Shown: positions 45,862 to 55,968, numbered from the stretch's first letter. The stretch: DNA of 64,000 bases from Clostridiales bacterium (GCA_004556925.1 SFFI01000003.1:34187-98186), one strand, 5' to 3'. A program made the numbers and translations. The notes: generated from the sequence alone by a model not told the origin.

Positions 45862-47082
45862 TTAGAGCTGGGCTTCCAGGATCAGCGCATCTTCGCGCGG
45901 TTTGTCATAGTAGTTCTTGCGTTCGCCACAGGGCAGGAAGCCCTGGTTGGCATAGAGTTTGCGGGCTGCTTCATTGGACTTGCGCACCTCCAAGGTGAGC
46001 CGCTGGGCACCTTGGGACTTGGCATCGGCCATGAGGCCAGCCAGGAGTTTTTGGCCCAGGCCCTGGTGGCGGTGGTCCGGCAGGATGGCAATATTAAGGA
46101 TTTCCGCTTCGTCCACATGGAGGTAGTAGCCCCCGTAGCCCAGGATTTCCTCAGTCGACTGGGTTTGGTCCTCTACCCGCTCAGCCTTCTCTGTCTGCCC
46201 ACCAACCTGGGGCAGGTAAATCAGAAAAAGCTTGGCATCCCGGTTTTCCGGTGAAAGCTGGTGGGTCAGGGCTTTGCGGGACCAAGGCGTAGAGAACACA
46301 GCGCGTTCAATCTGGTGGATGGTATCTAGGTCCTCCAGGCCAGCTGGTCGGATCTGGACCTGGGCCAAGTGCTCCAAGCGCACCCGCTCGGCTTGTGTGG
46401 GCGCACAGTAATTGGCTGCCGCCTCCTGCCAGGAGGGTTTTTCCCCGCGATCTGCGGCCTCTTGGGCCAGAAGGCCCAAGTAATAAGGCCGGAGGCTGGC
46501 CACACTAGGGTCTAGGATCTCTAAGGCAAAGTGCTGGGCAGCCTCAGGATCCTGGTCATAGGCCGCTTGAATAGCTGGCGCACCATCACCCAAAAGATAA
46601 AGCGTGGGGGTGCTTTTCCGGCCCAGATAAAAAAGTGCCTTCAAGTCTGCCATGAGGTCCTGACCATAGCGGTTGGCTTCGGGCAAAAGCCTTTGCCCTC
46701 CGCGGTAAAGGCAAGAAAAAGTCCGGCCAGACCGGGCATCCAAGGCGGGCAGAAAAAAGGCATCCATGGCCCGGTAAGGGGCAAGCATCAGGGCCAAGCT
46801 AGAAAAGGCATAGAGGGGCTTGTCCGTCTGCCAGGCCCAGCTTTTGGCCGTGGCCAGACCAATACGAATACCCGTATAGGAGCCCGGGCCGGTCGTCACC
46901 GCGAAGGCCTCAAGCGCAGAAAAATCCACACCCGCCACCGTCAAGAGCTCCTCTAACTGGGGCAGGAGGGTAAGAGAATGCTTAAAACCTGCCACGAGAC
47001 TCCGCTCCGCAAGGAGCTGACCATCCTTTACTAGAGCTAGGCCTAAGTTTTGACTTGATGTATCTAAGGCTAAAATGAGCAT
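45862..47082 (-). CDS. fusion of tRNA t6A37 protein TsaB and ribosomal-protein-alanine N-acetyltransferase RimI
   Basis: 406 aa. N-terminal MLILALDTSSQNLGLAL...GPGSYTGIRIG (TsaB/YeaZ). C-terminal GNAT with ILNIAILPDHRHQGLGQKLL...EVRKSNEAARKLYANQGF. Confidence 0.8.
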   Translation of the reverse strand: MLILALDTSSQNLGLALVKDGQLLAERSLVAGFKHSLTLLPQLEELLTVAGVDFSALEAFAVTTGPGSYTGIRIGLATAKSWAWQTDKPLYAFSSLALMLAPYRAMDAFFLPALDARSGRTFSCLYRGGQRLLPEANRYGQDLMADLKALFYLGRKSTPTLYLLGDGAPAIQAAYDQDPEAAQHFALEILDPSVASLRPYYLGLLAQEAADRGEKPSWQEAAANYCAPTQAERVRLEHLAQVQIRPAGLEDLDTIHQIERAVFSTPWSRKALTHQLSPENRDAKLFLIYLPQVGGQTEKAERVEDQTQSTEEILGYGGYYLHVDEAEILNIAILPDHRHQGLGQKLLAGLMADAKSQGAQRLTLEVRKSNEAARKLYANQGFLPCGERKNYYDKPREDALILEAQL

Positions 47083-47597
47083 GCTAATAACTTTTCCAAG
47101 GCTTTCAGCCGTTCTGGCCCCAGGTCTGGACTGGCCCAGAGCTCAATCAGCCGATCCTGGTCCCTCTCCCCTGGCGAGAGCGAGATCACCAGATCGGGCG
47201 TAGGCAAGACCTCCAGAATGCGGCTAGGCCACTCGATCAAGACCACTCCTGCACCATCCAGGTAGTCTGCAAAGCCCAAATCATACCAATCTTCAGGCGA
47301 AAGGAAGCGGTAGCAGTCAAAGTGATACAGGGCCGGCCGCCCTTCTTGGCCCGGCTGATGTTCCCGCAGATAGGTAAAGGAGGGGCTGGCTACCTGACCC
47401 TGCACGCCCAAGCCGCGGGCCAGGCCTCGCGCCAAGCAGGTCTTACCCGCCCCCAAGTCTCCGTACAGGGGAATCAGGTCCCCCGCTTGCAAACAGGAGG
47501 CCAGGGACGCGGCCCAGGCCTCCGTATCGGCAGGAGAGTGAGAAAAATAAGAGGTGCGGAATCCCGCACCTCCTCTTTTGATATAGGGGTCTTGCAT
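47070..47597 (-). CDS. tsaE: tRNA t6A37 ATPase TsaE
   Basis: 175 aa. LYGDLGAGKTCLARGLARGLG and SPSFTYL motifs. The start overlaps the rpsI stop (TAATG). Confidence 0.85.
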   Translation of the reverse strand: MQDPYIKRGGAGFRTSYFSHSPADTEAWAASLASCLQAGDLIPLYGDLGAGKTCLARGLARGLGVQGQVASPSFTYLREHQPGQEGRPALYHFDCYRFLSPEDWYDLGFADYLDGAGVVLIEWPSRILEVLPTPDLVISLSPGERDQDRLIELWASPDLGPERLKALEKLLACSF

Positions 47598-47995
47598 TAA
47601 CGCTTGGAGAACTGAGAAGCTTTACGTGCTTTCTTGAGCCCGTATTTCTTACGCTCCTTAACCCGAGAATCACGGGTGAGGAAGCCCTCTTTCTTGAGGG
47701 TAGCCTTAAAGCGTTCTGCATCTGCCTCCACCAAGGCCCGGGAAATCCCGTGACGGATAGCACCCGCTTGGCCGGAAATGCCTCCGCCGTGGACGTTAAT
47801 TTTAATATCAAATTCGTCAACGGCACCCGTGAGGTTTAAGGGTTGACGTACGATATATTTCAGCGTTTCCAGACTGAAGTAATCATCGATGTCTTTATCG
47901 TTGATGGTGATTTGGCCTTGTCCGGGGTACAGTCTTACCCTTGCGACAGACTCCTTGCGGCGGCCAGTACCGTAGTAAAAATCTCTATTTGCCAT
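47597..47995 (-). CDS. rpsI: 30S ribosomal protein S9
   Basis: 132 aa. [16 protein letters not shown]...[19 protein letters not shown]...[12 protein letters not shown]. Confidence 0.95.
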   Translation of the reverse strand: MANRDFYYGTGRRKESVARVRLYPGQGQITINDKDIDDYFSLETLKYIVRQPLNLTGAVDEFDIKINVHGGGISGQAGAIRHGISRALVEADAERFKATLKKEGFLTRDSRVKERKKYGLKKARKASQFSKR

Positions 47996-48007
47996 GGTCT
48001 ACTCCTT

Positions 48008-48439
48008 CTACTTTACTTTGTAAACTTCGGGCTTTTGGGCAGCGTGGGGATGGTCAGGGCCAGCATAGACCTTGAGCTTCTTAAACATTTTGCGCCCCAG
48101 GCTGTTCTTGGGCAGCATGCCTTTCACAGCAGCTTCCAAGATTCTCTCGGGGTGCTTTTCCAGCATTTGTTCATAGGGAACTTCCTTGAGTCCACCCATA
48201 TAACCGGAGTGACGGCGATAGAGCTTTTGCTGGGCTTTTTTACCCGTAACTCTAATTTTATCGGCGTTGATAACGACGACGTAGTCGCCCGTATCAACAA
48301 AGGGGGTATATTCTGCCTTGTGCTTACCACGCAGCAGGGTGGCAATCTGAGTGGCTAAACGACCAAGGACTTGGTCTTCAGCATCAATGACATACCACTT
48401 ACGTTCAACAGTTTCGGCTTTTGCCATGTAGCTTTTCAT
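48008..48439 (-). CDS. rplM: 50S ribosomal protein L13
   Basis: 143 aa. [31 protein letters not shown]. Confidence 0.95.
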   Translation of the reverse strand: MKSYMAKAETVERKWYVIDAEDQVLGRLATQIATLLRGKHKAEYTPFVDTGDYVVVINADKIRVTGKKAQQKLYRRHSGYMGGLKEVPYEQMLEKHPERILEAAVKGMLPKNSLGRKMFKKLKVYAGPDHPHAAQKPEVYKVK

Positions 48440-48685
48440 GCTTTCCTCCTGAATAGGTCTTTCTCGGCCTTGATGGACTTTGCCCTTTTCGGCTGGCCAA
48501 CCTTGAGACAGTCACCCGTCAAGCTATGGTTTGGTCAGCTAAAAACAGCAAGGCCCACCAAATGGGCGCCTAGCTAAAATAAGGCTTTCGCTAGACTTTG
48601 TCAAATATTTTTTCAATTTAACCTGATAGTACTCGTTTTTTCGCGTCTTTTCTCGAAATTACTCAAGTTTTCGTTTCACGAACAT

Positions 48686-50170
48686 TTAGTAATGTCTTTC
48701 TTCGTAGCGGCGGCGGATGCGGTCCTGCTTTTTCTTATGGTGGAGCTGGTAGGCTAAGATGAGAGTCAGGGTTAAGCAGACTGAGAAGCCTAAGAAAATC
48801 AGGAATAAGGGCAAACGACCAACCACGATTTCGTTCTCTGCCACAGTTTGCTGGTCTGCCAGGGGAGGCTCGGGAGGGATAACCGTAAAGGACGGCAGGG
48901 GCTCTGAGGGCAGAAGCGGGTTTTCTTGGGCAGCCGAGGCGGCTTTTGCCCCCAAGAGAGGATCCGCCATGGTAGGCCAGGGATAGGTGCCAGGTTCATA
49001 AGCTGCAGCCTCATCCTTACGCGGTGCCCCCATAGCCTTGGCCCCTTCTTCTAAAAGGGTATGCGACATAATGGCCGAGCCCACATAAGAATTCGGATAT
49101 TCACCGGTATAGGCCGCATCAAAGATAACGGCAATGAGGTGCCGGCCATCATAGGTGGTGGCCGCGGTCGCCAGGCAGTCACCGGCGATATCTGTCATAC
49201 CCGCCTTGATTCCGTCAAAAGAGGCCAGCCAGGGCGAACCCCAGCCCCCGTTGCTATACGTAACCAGAAAGTTGCCATTGACGATATTAGACCAGCCGGA
49301 CATGGGGTGAAGATTTGTAGGCGGCAGGCTGTACAGCTTATTGTTCACTAAACTTTGAAAGAGGGAGTGGCTCATGGCTCGGCGGATAATTTTGACCATA
49401 TCTTCACAGGTCGTATGGTGGTCCACATAGCCAAAGCCACAGGGGTCAAGGAAGTTGGTGTTTTCACATCCCAGCTCCTGGGCTTTTTGGTTCATGAGAA
49501 CAACAAAATCGTCAATGGTCTCCCCATAATTTTCGGCCAGGGCATTAGCCACCTCATTGGCTGACCGCATCATCATGGCGTAAAGGCAGGAAATGGTGGG
49601 ACAAATTTCTCCTGGCATAAAGCCGGCGGTAGTGGACTCGGGGGCAGGCATGGCGCAGGCCAGGTCACTAAAATAAATTGGTTTGGCCGGATCGTAGTCC
49701 GGGTGCTCCAGGATAACCAGGGCGGTCATAATTTTGGTCATGGAGGCGGGGTAGGCAATGGCATCAGTATTCTCCCCCAAGAGAATCTCTCCCGTGTCTC
49801 CGTCGGCCACAATGTAGGCCGCGCAGGCAATCTGGTCCAAGCTGGGCCAGGCCTCCACGGGTCGGGGGACGTCGCTCACCATTTCCGACCACTCTTGGTC
49901 AGAGAATTCCAGCCGCGTCGTCTCCTCACTGCGGCGGTCTTCCCCTTCCTCTTCCTCTTCCGGGTCCTCCCCTGCTAGGTCCTCGTCCAAGGGCAGGGCA
50001 GGCTCTTGGGGATCCGCCTCAGGTACCGCCGCCTCTCCTATGGGCAGGGTTTCAGGAGGCGCTTCCTCAGCGCCAACCTGCCAGGATAAAGGGAAGGACG
50101 GGCTCCAGACCAGAGAAAGCAGGACCAGGCAGCTGACCAGGAGCGGGATTTTTGCTAAACGCTTAGTCAT
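48686..50170 (-). CDS. D-alanyl-D-alanine carboxypeptidase (S11, PBP5-like) with C-terminal membrane anchor
   Basis: SMTK (SxxK), SAN (SxN) and KAG motifs. Signal peptide from MTKRLAKIPLLVSCLVLLSLVWS (ATG at 50170). That ATG overlaps the stop of the upstream gene by 8 nt. C-terminal TM LPLFLIFLGFSVCLTLTLILAY. Confidence 0.8.
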   Translation of the reverse strand: MTKRLAKIPLLVSCLVLLSLVWSPSFPLSWQVGAEEAPPETLPIGEAAVPEADPQEPALPLDEDLAGEDPEEEEEGEDRRSEETTRLEFSDQEWSEMVSDVPRPVEAWPSLDQIACAAYIVADGDTGEILLGENTDAIAYPASMTKIMTALVILEHPDYDPAKPIYFSDLACAMPAPESTTAGFMPGEICPTISCLYAMMMRSANEVANALAENYGETIDDFVVLMNQKAQELGCENTNFLDPCGFGYVDHHTTCEDMVKIIRRAMSHSLFQSLVNNKLYSLPPTNLHPMSGWSNIVNGNFLVTYSNGGWGSPWLASFDGIKAGMTDIAGDCLATAATTYDGRHLIAVIFDAAYTGEYPNSYVGSAIMSHTLLEEGAKAMGAPRKDEAAAYEPGTYPWPTMADPLLGAKAASAAQENPLLPSEPLPSFTVIPPEPPLADQQTVAENEIVVGRLPLFLIFLGFSVCLTLTLILAYQLHHKKKQDRIRRRYEERHY

Positions 50171-51710
50171 GGTAACCCGCCTGTTGTTGCCGACTGTAGA
50201 GGGAAATAAGGTCAAAGACCTGGTCTGCAAGTCCTGCTTGAGACGATAGATTTTGGAAAACTTGCTCATTTCCTAGCTGGTCTGTCTCCCGCAAGAGATA
50301 GGAGGCCAAGGCCGGGGGAAAGTCTATGCCGCTTTCCTCAACCAGAATCTCTGCCATTTGTGCCCGGCTCTTACCCTTGCTAAAGGCCCGGCCAAAAATC
50401 GCATCCGAGGCTAGTTCCCAAGACCAAAGAGGGTTATAGGAAGAGAGGACAACCTGCAAGTCTCTTTCTTTAGCCGACTTGTTATCCAGTTTGCAGGCGG
50501 CAAAGCCAGCAGCAGCACCTCCGTCTAGGAGGTAGTCTGACCGGTCATAGAGCGACCGGCAGGATCGGTTGATCGCTTTGTCATTGTTAAAGATAGCCCG
50601 CAAGTGGCTCCGCCAAGACCTTTGATAGTCCTTGCCTAGGCTGAAGCGACCCGTTTCTTGCAAGTCTGCCAGGGACTTGGCCAGGAGTTCAGGGTTGCGA
50701 CCTATTAATTCAAAAAGCAGGGCTTCAAAGGCCGGAGGCCAAATGGTATTGAGACTATCCACCGGTCCGGACTTAAATTTGCGCTTGAGGTTAAAGCTGC
50801 CAGACCGGAAGAAATCACTGAAGAGGCGGTTGGCATTTTCCGCAATGAGGCTATAACCCAGGGGCAGGCCCATGCTTTTGACATAGAGGGCCGCCAGGCT
50901 AAAATCCAGGTCATTAGAGGTCAAGGCTAAATCTACGGTATTGCCAGCTTCTAGGAGTTCCTGGGCCAAAAGTTCAGACAGGCTAATCAGGATCAGGGAC
51001 ATTTGGCACAGCAGGGAGATGGGTGAACTTTCATCTGCGGCTAGGAGCCGGATACCCTGCTGGTCCAAGCGAGCACGTAAGTCGCAGCCTTGCCAGAGTT
51101 TACGGTAGGCGGCCTCTGCCTCTTCCAGATCCTCCGTCAAATAAAAACCCAAGGCCTGGTCCTTGCTAAGATAGGACTCCAGTCTAGGCAGGTCCACTGG
51201 ATCAAAGCGCCCATCCAGAAAATAAAGTGGATAGAGGGGGTCTGTGGCCCGATGGGCTGCCGCTAGGGCCAGAACCTGGTCTAGACGTGGGCCCGCTAGG
51301 CAATAATAGCTTTCGTCTTCCTGAGCCCAATAGTTGAAGAGCTCATGGGCCAGGACCTGACCGTAGTCTGCCCGGCTACCTGAAGGACCCTTATCCGCAA
51401 AAATCACCAGCTCATCCAGCTTATAGGGATTGAGGGCTTTAACTTCAAAGGGCCGGCTGGCAAAATCCTCACCAAAAGCCCGGTCACAAATCTGCGCCAG
51501 GCTTGTAGGGTCTGGGTCCTCCACAAAGAGACTGAGACAAGCCGCCATTTGCTGGCTAAAGGTCAATCCTTGGAGGCTGGTCAGAAAGTCCTCGGGCAGG
51601 CTGGGAAAATCTGCTGGGACAAAGCTACCACCCTGGGGGCCATAGGCGGCCAGGCTGGCTTCTTTGAAGGTCAAGTTTAAGTCAGGGTTACGCGTGGATA
51701 TAAAGTGCAA
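50163..51710 (-). CDS. threonine synthase-like protein lacking canonical PLP-binding residues (probable pseudoenzyme)
   Basis: 515 aa. The N-terminus MHFISTRNPDLNLTFKEASLAAYGPQGGSFVP and the later VDLALTSNDLDFSLAALYVKSMGLPLGYSLIAENANRLFSDFF are collinear with long-form ThrC. The expected HGPTLAFKD appears as KGPSGSRAD (Lys to Arg), and SGDTG/GNFG are not conserved. Confidence 0.55.
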   Translation of the reverse strand: MHFISTRNPDLNLTFKEASLAAYGPQGGSFVPADFPSLPEDFLTSLQGLTFSQQMAACLSLFVEDPDPTSLAQICDRAFGEDFASRPFEVKALNPYKLDELVIFADKGPSGSRADYGQVLAHELFNYWAQEDESYYCLAGPRLDQVLALAAAHRATDPLYPLYFLDGRFDPVDLPRLESYLSKDQALGFYLTEDLEEAEAAYRKLWQGCDLRARLDQQGIRLLAADESSPISLLCQMSLILISLSELLAQELLEAGNTVDLALTSNDLDFSLAALYVKSMGLPLGYSLIAENANRLFSDFFRSGSFNLKRKFKSGPVDSLNTIWPPAFEALLFELIGRNPELLAKSLADLQETGRFSLGKDYQRSWRSHLRAIFNNDKAINRSCRSLYDRSDYLLDGGAAAGFAACKLDNKSAKERDLQVVLSSYNPLWSWELASDAIFGRAFSKGKSRAQMAEILVEESGIDFPPALASYLLRETDQLGNEQVFQNLSSQAGLADQVFDLISLYSRQQQAGYHD

Positions 51711-51777
51711 AGTCTTCTCTCCTTAAAGCAGGTTATGTCAATGAACAAAGTGGCAGTTGAGGAGGCCAAAGCCAGGC

Positions 51778-52659
51778 TTATTCCGACTGGCTGGCTTCCT
51801 CTATAGGGGCTGAGGGGGCATTTGTTGCGCCAGCCTCTTGGCTAGGGACGGTTGCCTCACTAGCTAAGCCAGGGCCGGAAGGTCTGCTGTCCTCACTCGG
51901 CCGGGGTGGCCGACCGGAGGTCAGCCAGGCCTGGTAGTCTTCTAAAATTTTGCCAACCTCCGGGTAATCCACTGCCCGCTGGTGGAGTTCTTCCTCCAGC
52001 CAATCCAGCTTTTCGATCCGCTCAATTTCTAGGGCCTGGCCGGCTAAAATCTGGGGTCGCCAGTAGAAGAAAAAAACGAGGAGAATCAATATTCCCACCC
52101 CTACGGCCACCATAATAGTCTGGGCGGTTTTACGTTTCTCTTGCGGGCTCTCAAAAATCAGGGAGGGTTGCTTGTGGATGCTGTCACTGGTCTCCTGGTC
52201 CAGGGAAGGAGCCTTTTGCAGGATACTCTCCATGGCAATTTGCTTCTTCACCGGGGTCAAAGATCTCTCCCGCCGGTGAATCTTGGCATTTTCCCGACGG
52301 ATGGCACTGGCTTCTCTTTGTGCTTCCCGCAGTTCCTGGTCTAGCTGTTGCTTTTCTTCGGCTTCCATCTCCAAAAGATGGGCCCTGCCTAGGTAGTCCT
52401 CTGCCTCCGCAAACTTGCCGGTAGCCCCCAGTAACACACCGTAGAGGTGGTTGGCCTGGGGGAAAAGCGGGTAATCTCGGCAAATTTGGGCTAGGGCGGT
52501 TAGCGCCTGGTCCTCCTGGCCTGAAACATAGAGGTTTAAGGCCGCATTATAAGACGCTGCTACCCGGTACAGCTCACCAGGGGGCGCAAAAAAGCTAAGG
52601 TCAGCCTCAGTGAGAGGCCGAAAATAATCGATGCGTAGTTTCCAGTTGAACAGGCTCAT
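51778..52659 (-). CDS. TPR-repeat protein with single TM helix and P/S-rich C-terminus
   Basis: 293 aa. TPR-like helices (YNAALNLYVSGQEDQALTALAQI...HLYGVLLGATGKFAEAEDYLGRA), a coiled coil and TM TIMVAVGVGILILLVFFFYW. Confidence 0.5.
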   Translation of the reverse strand: MSLFNWKLRIDYFRPLTEADLSFFAPPGELYRVAASYNAALNLYVSGQEDQALTALAQICRDYPLFPQANHLYGVLLGATGKFAEAEDYLGRAHLLEMEAEEKQQLDQELREAQREASAIRRENAKIHRRERSLTPVKKQIAMESILQKAPSLDQETSDSIHKQPSLIFESPQEKRKTAQTIMVAVGVGILILLVFFFYWRPQILAGQALEIERIEKLDWLEEELHQRAVDYPEVGKILEDYQAWLTSGRPPRPSEDSRPSGPGLASEATVPSQEAGATNAPSAPIEEASQSE

Positions 52660-52682
52660 GTTGTCTTCGTGTACAGGCTGGC

Positions 52683-54137
52683 TTATTCACCGTCCAGGGC
52701 CTGGCCCCAGAGTTCACGCCGGAGGTAGGGGCGCAGATTGCCGATGAGGTAAAGGGAACCAAAAACGACCAAGCCTTTACCCTCTCGCTCGGCCTGGGCC
52801 AGGGCAGCCAGCAAGGTTTTTTCCATATCGGGACTATAGCAAATTTTTCCTGCCAAGTCTTGCTGAGCCAGTTTCTCTGGACTGTGCATGGGCTCTTCCA
52901 AATTCCAAACTTGGTCATCCTTCCAAGCCAAAATGCTCTGGAGTTCACGGGCCAAGGCATGGGCCTGCATGGTCCGAGGCACCGGGCACTCTGTGCAGTA
53001 AATGTTAGCAGGCGTCTGGTTATCACCATTAAGAACTAAAGAAAGCATCTTGGCGTGTTCCTTGTCTGCCAAGATGCCCACCAGGTAAATATGCCTGTCT
53101 TGGTTAAAGTAGGCGTGAATTTCCCGGGCCAGGGCAGCGCAGCCTTGGACATTGTGGGCCCCATCAATCATGACCAAGGGGTCTTGCCGCATGATTTCCA
53201 AACGGCCGGGCCAACGTGTTCGGGCCAAGCCCTCCGCTATCTGGTCGTCTGTAGCAAAGCTGCGGCAGGCCTCAATTGCGAGGCCGGCATTCATCTGCTG
53301 GTAGTCCCCGCGCAGCTTGATCTGCCAATGGCGGTTCGAACCTGCCAGCCTAAAGCTTTGCCCCTGGTAGTCCACTTCATGGTCAGAAAATAGTTTACTG
53401 GACACCAGGGTCAGGGGCGCACCTAGGTCCTGGGCCTTTTGGCCTACCACTTCTAAGGCGGATCCCCCCTCCTGGGCGGTTTCTTGAATATCTCTAGGGT
53501 CGTAAAGAATAACTGGGCAACCCGGTTTGATAATCCCGGCCTTTTCCCCTGCTATCTCGCCCAGAGTGTTGCCCAGGCGGTCCATGTGGTCATAGCCTAA
53601 GGCCGTAATGACAGAAACCAAGGGTTTAGTCAGGACATTGGTAGAATCCAACCTTCCCCCCATGCCAACCTCAATCACAGCCATATCAACTTGCTCACGG
53701 GCATAATAGAGATAGGCCACAGCGGTCAACATCTCAAAGACGGTCGGATGGTCAAAGCCTTCCGTCAACATCTGGTCAATTGACACCCGAATCTCACTTA
53801 AGAGGGCTGCAAAGTCCGCATCGCTGATCTCTGGGCTACGGAAATGGGCTTCAAAGTCTGCCAGGCCTTGCCGACCATCTATAATCCGTATGCGCTCGTT
53901 AAAACGTTCCAGGTAGGGGGAGGTAAACCAGCCGACCTTCTTATCCGCCACGGCAGCGACATGAGCACAATAGGCAGACACCGAACCCTTGCCGTTGGTC
54001 CCTGCAATATGGACACAAGGGTAGTTTTCCTGAGGATTGCCCAAGAGGTCTAAGAGTTTCGTAATGCGTTGTAGACCGGGACGGATACCAAAATCATTGG
54101 CTTGAAAAAGATAGTCTAAAGCTTCTGAAAAATTCAT
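52683..54137 (-). CDS. folC: bifunctional folylpolyglutamate synthase / dihydrofolate synthase
   Basis: 484 aa. HIAGTNGKGS P-loop and Mur-ligase-family motifs (VIEVGMGGRLD, GAHN). Confidence 0.85.
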   Translation of the reverse strand: MNFSEALDYLFQANDFGIRPGLQRITKLLDLLGNPQENYPCVHIAGTNGKGSVSAYCAHVAAVADKKVGWFTSPYLERFNERIRIIDGRQGLADFEAHFRSPEISDADFAALLSEIRVSIDQMLTEGFDHPTVFEMLTAVAYLYYAREQVDMAVIEVGMGGRLDSTNVLTKPLVSVITALGYDHMDRLGNTLGEIAGEKAGIIKPGCPVILYDPRDIQETAQEGGSALEVVGQKAQDLGAPLTLVSSKLFSDHEVDYQGQSFRLAGSNRHWQIKLRGDYQQMNAGLAIEACRSFATDDQIAEGLARTRWPGRLEIMRQDPLVMIDGAHNVQGCAALAREIHAYFNQDRHIYLVGILADKEHAKMLSLVLNGDNQTPANIYCTECPVPRTMQAHALARELQSILAWKDDQVWNLEEPMHSPEKLAQQDLAGKICYSPDMEKTLLAALAQAEREGKGLVVFGSLYLIGNLRPYLRRELWGQALDGE

Positions 54138-54282
54138 ATACGGCTTAGCTCCAAACTGCTGATATTAGGGTCATAAAGTCTTGATCCTGGGGAGGGCGGC
54201 TTTAACAAGCACAAGCTAAAATCTACCCCATGGGGCGGCTTTAAGCTCAGGCAAGAGACTCTAGCCCCATATTGTAGCAGAT

Positions 54283-54777
54283 TTATTTTTCTTTCTTCCG
54301 GAATACGAGAAACTTGCCCACCAAGTAGTTGGCCAGAACCACAAAGACCGCTCCAATCAGTTTGGCCCAGGGAACCCGGAAGATGGGGACCTTGTCTTGG
54401 AGGCCCAAAACATTATAGAAAAGGGCAAAAAAGCCATTGTCAAAAATCAGGGAAACCAGGATGCGGGAGCCAAAAAAACTCAGAAATTCTGGCCACAAGG
54501 CTCCTGTGGATTGGAAGACAAAACCACGGTTAATCCAAAAAGCAAAGATAATGGAGACCACAATCGCCAGGCTGTTGAAGACAATATTCTTGCCATTTTC
54601 ATAGCCAAAGGCCTCGCCCAGTAGGGTGAGCACCACAAAGTTAACCAGGGTTGTCAGGACGCCGGCTATCAAATAGCGTATGATCTCCGACTGCAGCAGG
54701 CGGCCAATCAGGCCTTTCAGCTTGGCTCCGAGACCGTGCTTCTCCTGTGCGTCTCCCTGCGCATCCATCTGTGACAT
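54283..54777 (-). CDS. GtrA family membrane protein
   Basis: 164 aa, four TM helices. IRYLIAGVLTTLVNFVVLTLL and the C-terminal LANYLVGKFLVFRK are typical of GtrA-like proteins. Confidence 0.75.
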   Translation of the reverse strand: MSQMDAQGDAQEKHGLGAKLKGLIGRLLQSEIIRYLIAGVLTTLVNFVVLTLLGEAFGYENGKNIVFNSLAIVVSIIFAFWINRGFVFQSTGALWPEFLSFFGSRILVSLIFDNGFFALFYNVLGLQDKVPIFRVPWAKLIGAVFVVLANYLVGKFLVFRKKEK

Positions 54778-54792
54778 ACCTAGGCAGCCTCT

Positions 54793-55968
54793 CTAGCCGA
54801 GTAGGTTGCGCTTGAGTGTATAGACCAGAACCGCCAAGGAAGAAAGCCCCAGTAGGGAAACCAAGAGTACCTTCCAGCTATCGCCCGCATGAGCACCCAG
54901 GAAGGATGCCTGTTTGTTGGTTTGTGATTCACTGGCCTTAAGCTTGGCCAGGTCATAATACTTAAAACGCTGAGTATTCTCCTCATAGGTATAGAAGGCT
55001 GGAGCAGACTGTGATTTAAGGTAGTAAAGGGTAAGTTGCTTGCTTTCTGACTTGGCGACGGGAATGTTGACCCCCATCATTTGAGCAGTGTCTCCCTTGA
55101 AGCCGGCGGGGATTTCCTCCAAAGGCAGGCCATTTTCTGGCACATAGAGCAGCTCACCGGTTACAGATTTCAATTCAGATTCTGGCTTAGCCGCTTCGGA
55201 AGGCTCCGTGCGCTTAGGTTCAGGCACACTTGGTTTGGACGGAGCTTCGGTGCTTTTGGGAGTCGTCTCCGCCTCATTCAGTTTTCCGATCCCGTAGCCT
55301 TCAGGGTTCTGGCCATCTAGCCCTTCAGCGGGCTGTAGCTGGTTCTCAGGATTGTAGGGTTCTGCAATGCCAGGGGCCGGCGTTTCTTCGGGCAGGTCAC
55401 CCGGCGGCAAGGGTTCATTAGACTGGGGCTGGTCCACAAGGTCTGTGATCTTGAAGTCTAAGTTTTCACTGGTGGCATCTACTTTAGTCCCATCAGACAG
55501 CTGGACATAAGAGGGCTGCTGGGAGAAGTCAAACTTAAAGGAAGTTGGACCAATAGGGGCGTCTGCCTTGGCCGTAAATTCAAGCTCGGCAATGACGTCG
55601 CCCGGGGCAGCATAAGGGATACCCATGGCTAGCAGAGCGATGATACCATTTTTGTCCTCCATCTCAAAAATATTGAGGGAGTCAGCCGGAGAGGCGACCT
55701 CACTGCCTAGGGTACCCAGAAAGCTGGAATTGCCCTTGACGAAGTTAAAGCTTTCCACCGGATACTTGACATAGACCTGAACCAGGTTAACTCCGGACGA
55801 AGCACTGGTTGCAAAAATCTGCACCCTAAAGCTTTGTCCTCTCTGGACCACATCCGGTGAACTCATACCCACGATCGCGGTCGCTAGGACCGGTTGGGAT
55901 AAGAAAAGGCATATACACAAAAAGAGCAGGAGAAGTTTACTTCCCCGAAAGTATGGACTTTTACTCAT
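54793..55968 (-). CDS. membrane-anchored surface protein with N-terminal cohesin-like domain
   Basis: 391 aa. Signal peptide, a ~150-aa beta-sandwich with a cohesin-like pattern (VQVYVKYPVESFNFVKG...GDVIAELEFTAKADAPIGPTSFKFD), a P/E-rich linker, a second conserved domain and a C-terminal TM WKVLLVSLLGLSSLAVLVYTL. Confidence 0.5.
   Translation of the reverse strand: MSKSPYFRGSKLLLLFLCICLFLSQPVLATAIVGMSSPDVVQRGQSFRVQIFATSASSGVNLVQVYVKYPVESFNFVKGNSSFLGTLGSEVASPADSLNIFEMEDKNGIIALLAMGIPYAAPGDVIAELEFTAKADAPIGPTSFKFDFSQQPSYVQLSDGTKVDATSENLDFKITDLVDQPQSNEPLPPGDLPEETPAPGIAEPYNPENQLQPAEGLDGQNPEGYGIGKLNEAETTPKSTEAPSKPSVPEPKRTEPSEAAKPESELKSVTGELLYVPENGLPLEEIPAGFKGDTAQMMGVNIPVAKSESKQLTLYYLKSQSAPAFYTYEENTQRFKYYDLAKLKASESQTNKQASFLGAHAGDSWKVLLVSLLGLSSLAVLVYTLKRNLLG

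Noticed and set aside
48440-48685. Possible L13 leader RNA upstream of rplM
   Set aside because: The 246-nt gap is long enough, but I could not recognise conserved structure by eye. A covariance-model scan would be needed.
54194-54244. 12-bp direct repeat GGGCGGCTTTAA (54194..54205 and 54233..54244) upstream of folC
   Set aside because: It is a single short pair with no symmetry, and could be chance or a minor operator. The evidence is too thin to call a feature.
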